The notes beneath the pieces are model-generated. The model worked only from the letters and a program-made list of their open reading frames with translations. It had not been told where the DNA came from and made no database searches. Shown here in pieces: positions 63,342 through 64,000 of a DNA stretch of 64,000 bases. Every line of letters begins with the position of its first letter. The stretch's first letter is position 1. The position numbers and the translations under genes were made by a program. This stretch comes from Acidimicrobiales bacterium (GTDB lineage: Bacteria; Actinomycetota; Acidimicrobiia; Acidimicrobiales; RAAP-2): NCBI GenBank assembly GCA_052326605.1, contig JBKQMB010000044.1:862-64861 (forward strand), written 5' to 3'.

Positions 63342-63752
63342 TCAGTCGTCCGGGTTCTCGAGCATGGACACGATGGTGCGGAACCGCCTGATCGTCTCGT
63401 CGAGCCCCTCGACGGCGCCCTCAATCCGAATCTCGGCAACCGCGTCGCAGACATACTGGAGTGCTCCGTTCATCGCGAGGGTGGCCTCGATAACCCCATG
63501 GCTGACCAACCTGTTCAGCTCGCGGGCGATCTGCTCCCGAAGGTGGATCCGATGCGTCCCATCCACACCGTCCGGGCATGTGTTCTGGGGGACTGCCAGC
63601 GTGCCGGGGCGCTCGGTGGCTTCGGCCAGCGGCTCGAGAAGTGCCAACCTGGCGTCAACGGCGATCGAGTCGGTTGCCGTTCCCACATACGCCAGCGCTG
63701 ACTGGACGTCCCACTGTGCCGGCATCGACCAGTCGGTCGGGTGATCCGACAT
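63342..63752 (-). CDS. Hypothetical protein
   Basis: The 136-aa ORF from ATG 63752 has a protein-like composition. The upstream part of the maximal ORF is Arg/Ser-rich. No family was recognised. Confidence 0.45.
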   Translation of the reverse strand: MSDHPTDWSMPAQWDVQSALAYVGTATDSIAVDARLALLEPLAEATERPGTLAVPQNTCPDGVDGTHRIHLREQIARELNRLVSHGVIEATLAMNGALQYVCDAVAEIRIEGAVEGLDETIRRFRTIVSMLENPDD

Positions 63753-64000
63753 GGGAAGCGTTCCCCGTGGCACGGAGACGCGGTGCACGCCCGGGCGGAG
63801 GTGCCGGCGAGGTCGCTGCCGGCCTCGCCGACACCCTCCGCCATGCCGGGTCGACCCACGATCCGTCATCCGTGTAGCCGGAACCTTACAATCGGCACCG
63901 ATCCTGCCACTCGCCGACGTCGCCGATACCGAGGTGGTCGGGCGGGCACGCGACCTCGACGAGCTCCTCGAGCTCGTCGAGCGACTCACCCCCGAGGCGG

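Noticed and set aside
63901-64000. Possible start of a plus-strand gene (ILPLADVADTEVVGRARDLDELLELVERLTPEA) running off the window
   Set aside because: The translation looks protein-like, but I could not find an in-frame start codon or SD upstream. The segment is too short to identify, so it is left unannotated.

Overview
High-GC chromosomal segment, probably actinobacterial. That assignment is an inference from gene content: an mtrA/mtrB/GerMN-lipoprotein trio, a class II DAHP synthase, a mycothiol-type DinB/MDMPI protein and an LLM oxidoreductase. About 54 kb is tightly packed, mostly minus-strand housekeeping. It contains two tandem family-5 ABC substrate-binding proteins, an mtrAB-like two-component system, and LLM-nadD-small membrane ORF-rsfS. 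It also contains aroG, obg-proB-proA followed by MoxR/VWA/histidine phosphatase, rplU-rpmA, rne and a split radical-SAM pair. Further genes are mreBCD-PBP2, ndk, folC, tig-clpP-clpX, gpx, ppx, two large GGDEF-EAL proteins, a ParA-like ATPase and several secreted beta-propeller proteins. This run is interrupted at 40.9-50.9 kb by a ~10 kb integrated element. The element is bounded by a perfect 39-bp direct repeat equal to the 5' half of tRNA-Pro(UGG), and a tyrosine integrase sits next to the intact tRNA. The element's cargo is the most interesting part of the window. It is a co-directional block of a small serine recombinase, a translationally coupled DUF3467 / unknown 90-aa ORF / MazF cassette, and a 550-aa protein made of six near-identical zinc-ribbon modules fused to a GIY-YIG-like tail. 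Next to it is a lower-GC divergent pair of envelope proteins with iteron-like repeats, and then a backbone of small overlapping ORFs rich in Cys4 motifs. Outside the island, two secreted proteins share an unassigned six-fold 42-aa repeat module. No rRNA, CRISPR array or complete prophage was seen. All family calls come from recognising motifs by eye in the supplied translations. No database search and no numerical GC calculation was run. Start codons are often uncertain because the ORF track reports maximal ORFs with alternative starts shown as M.
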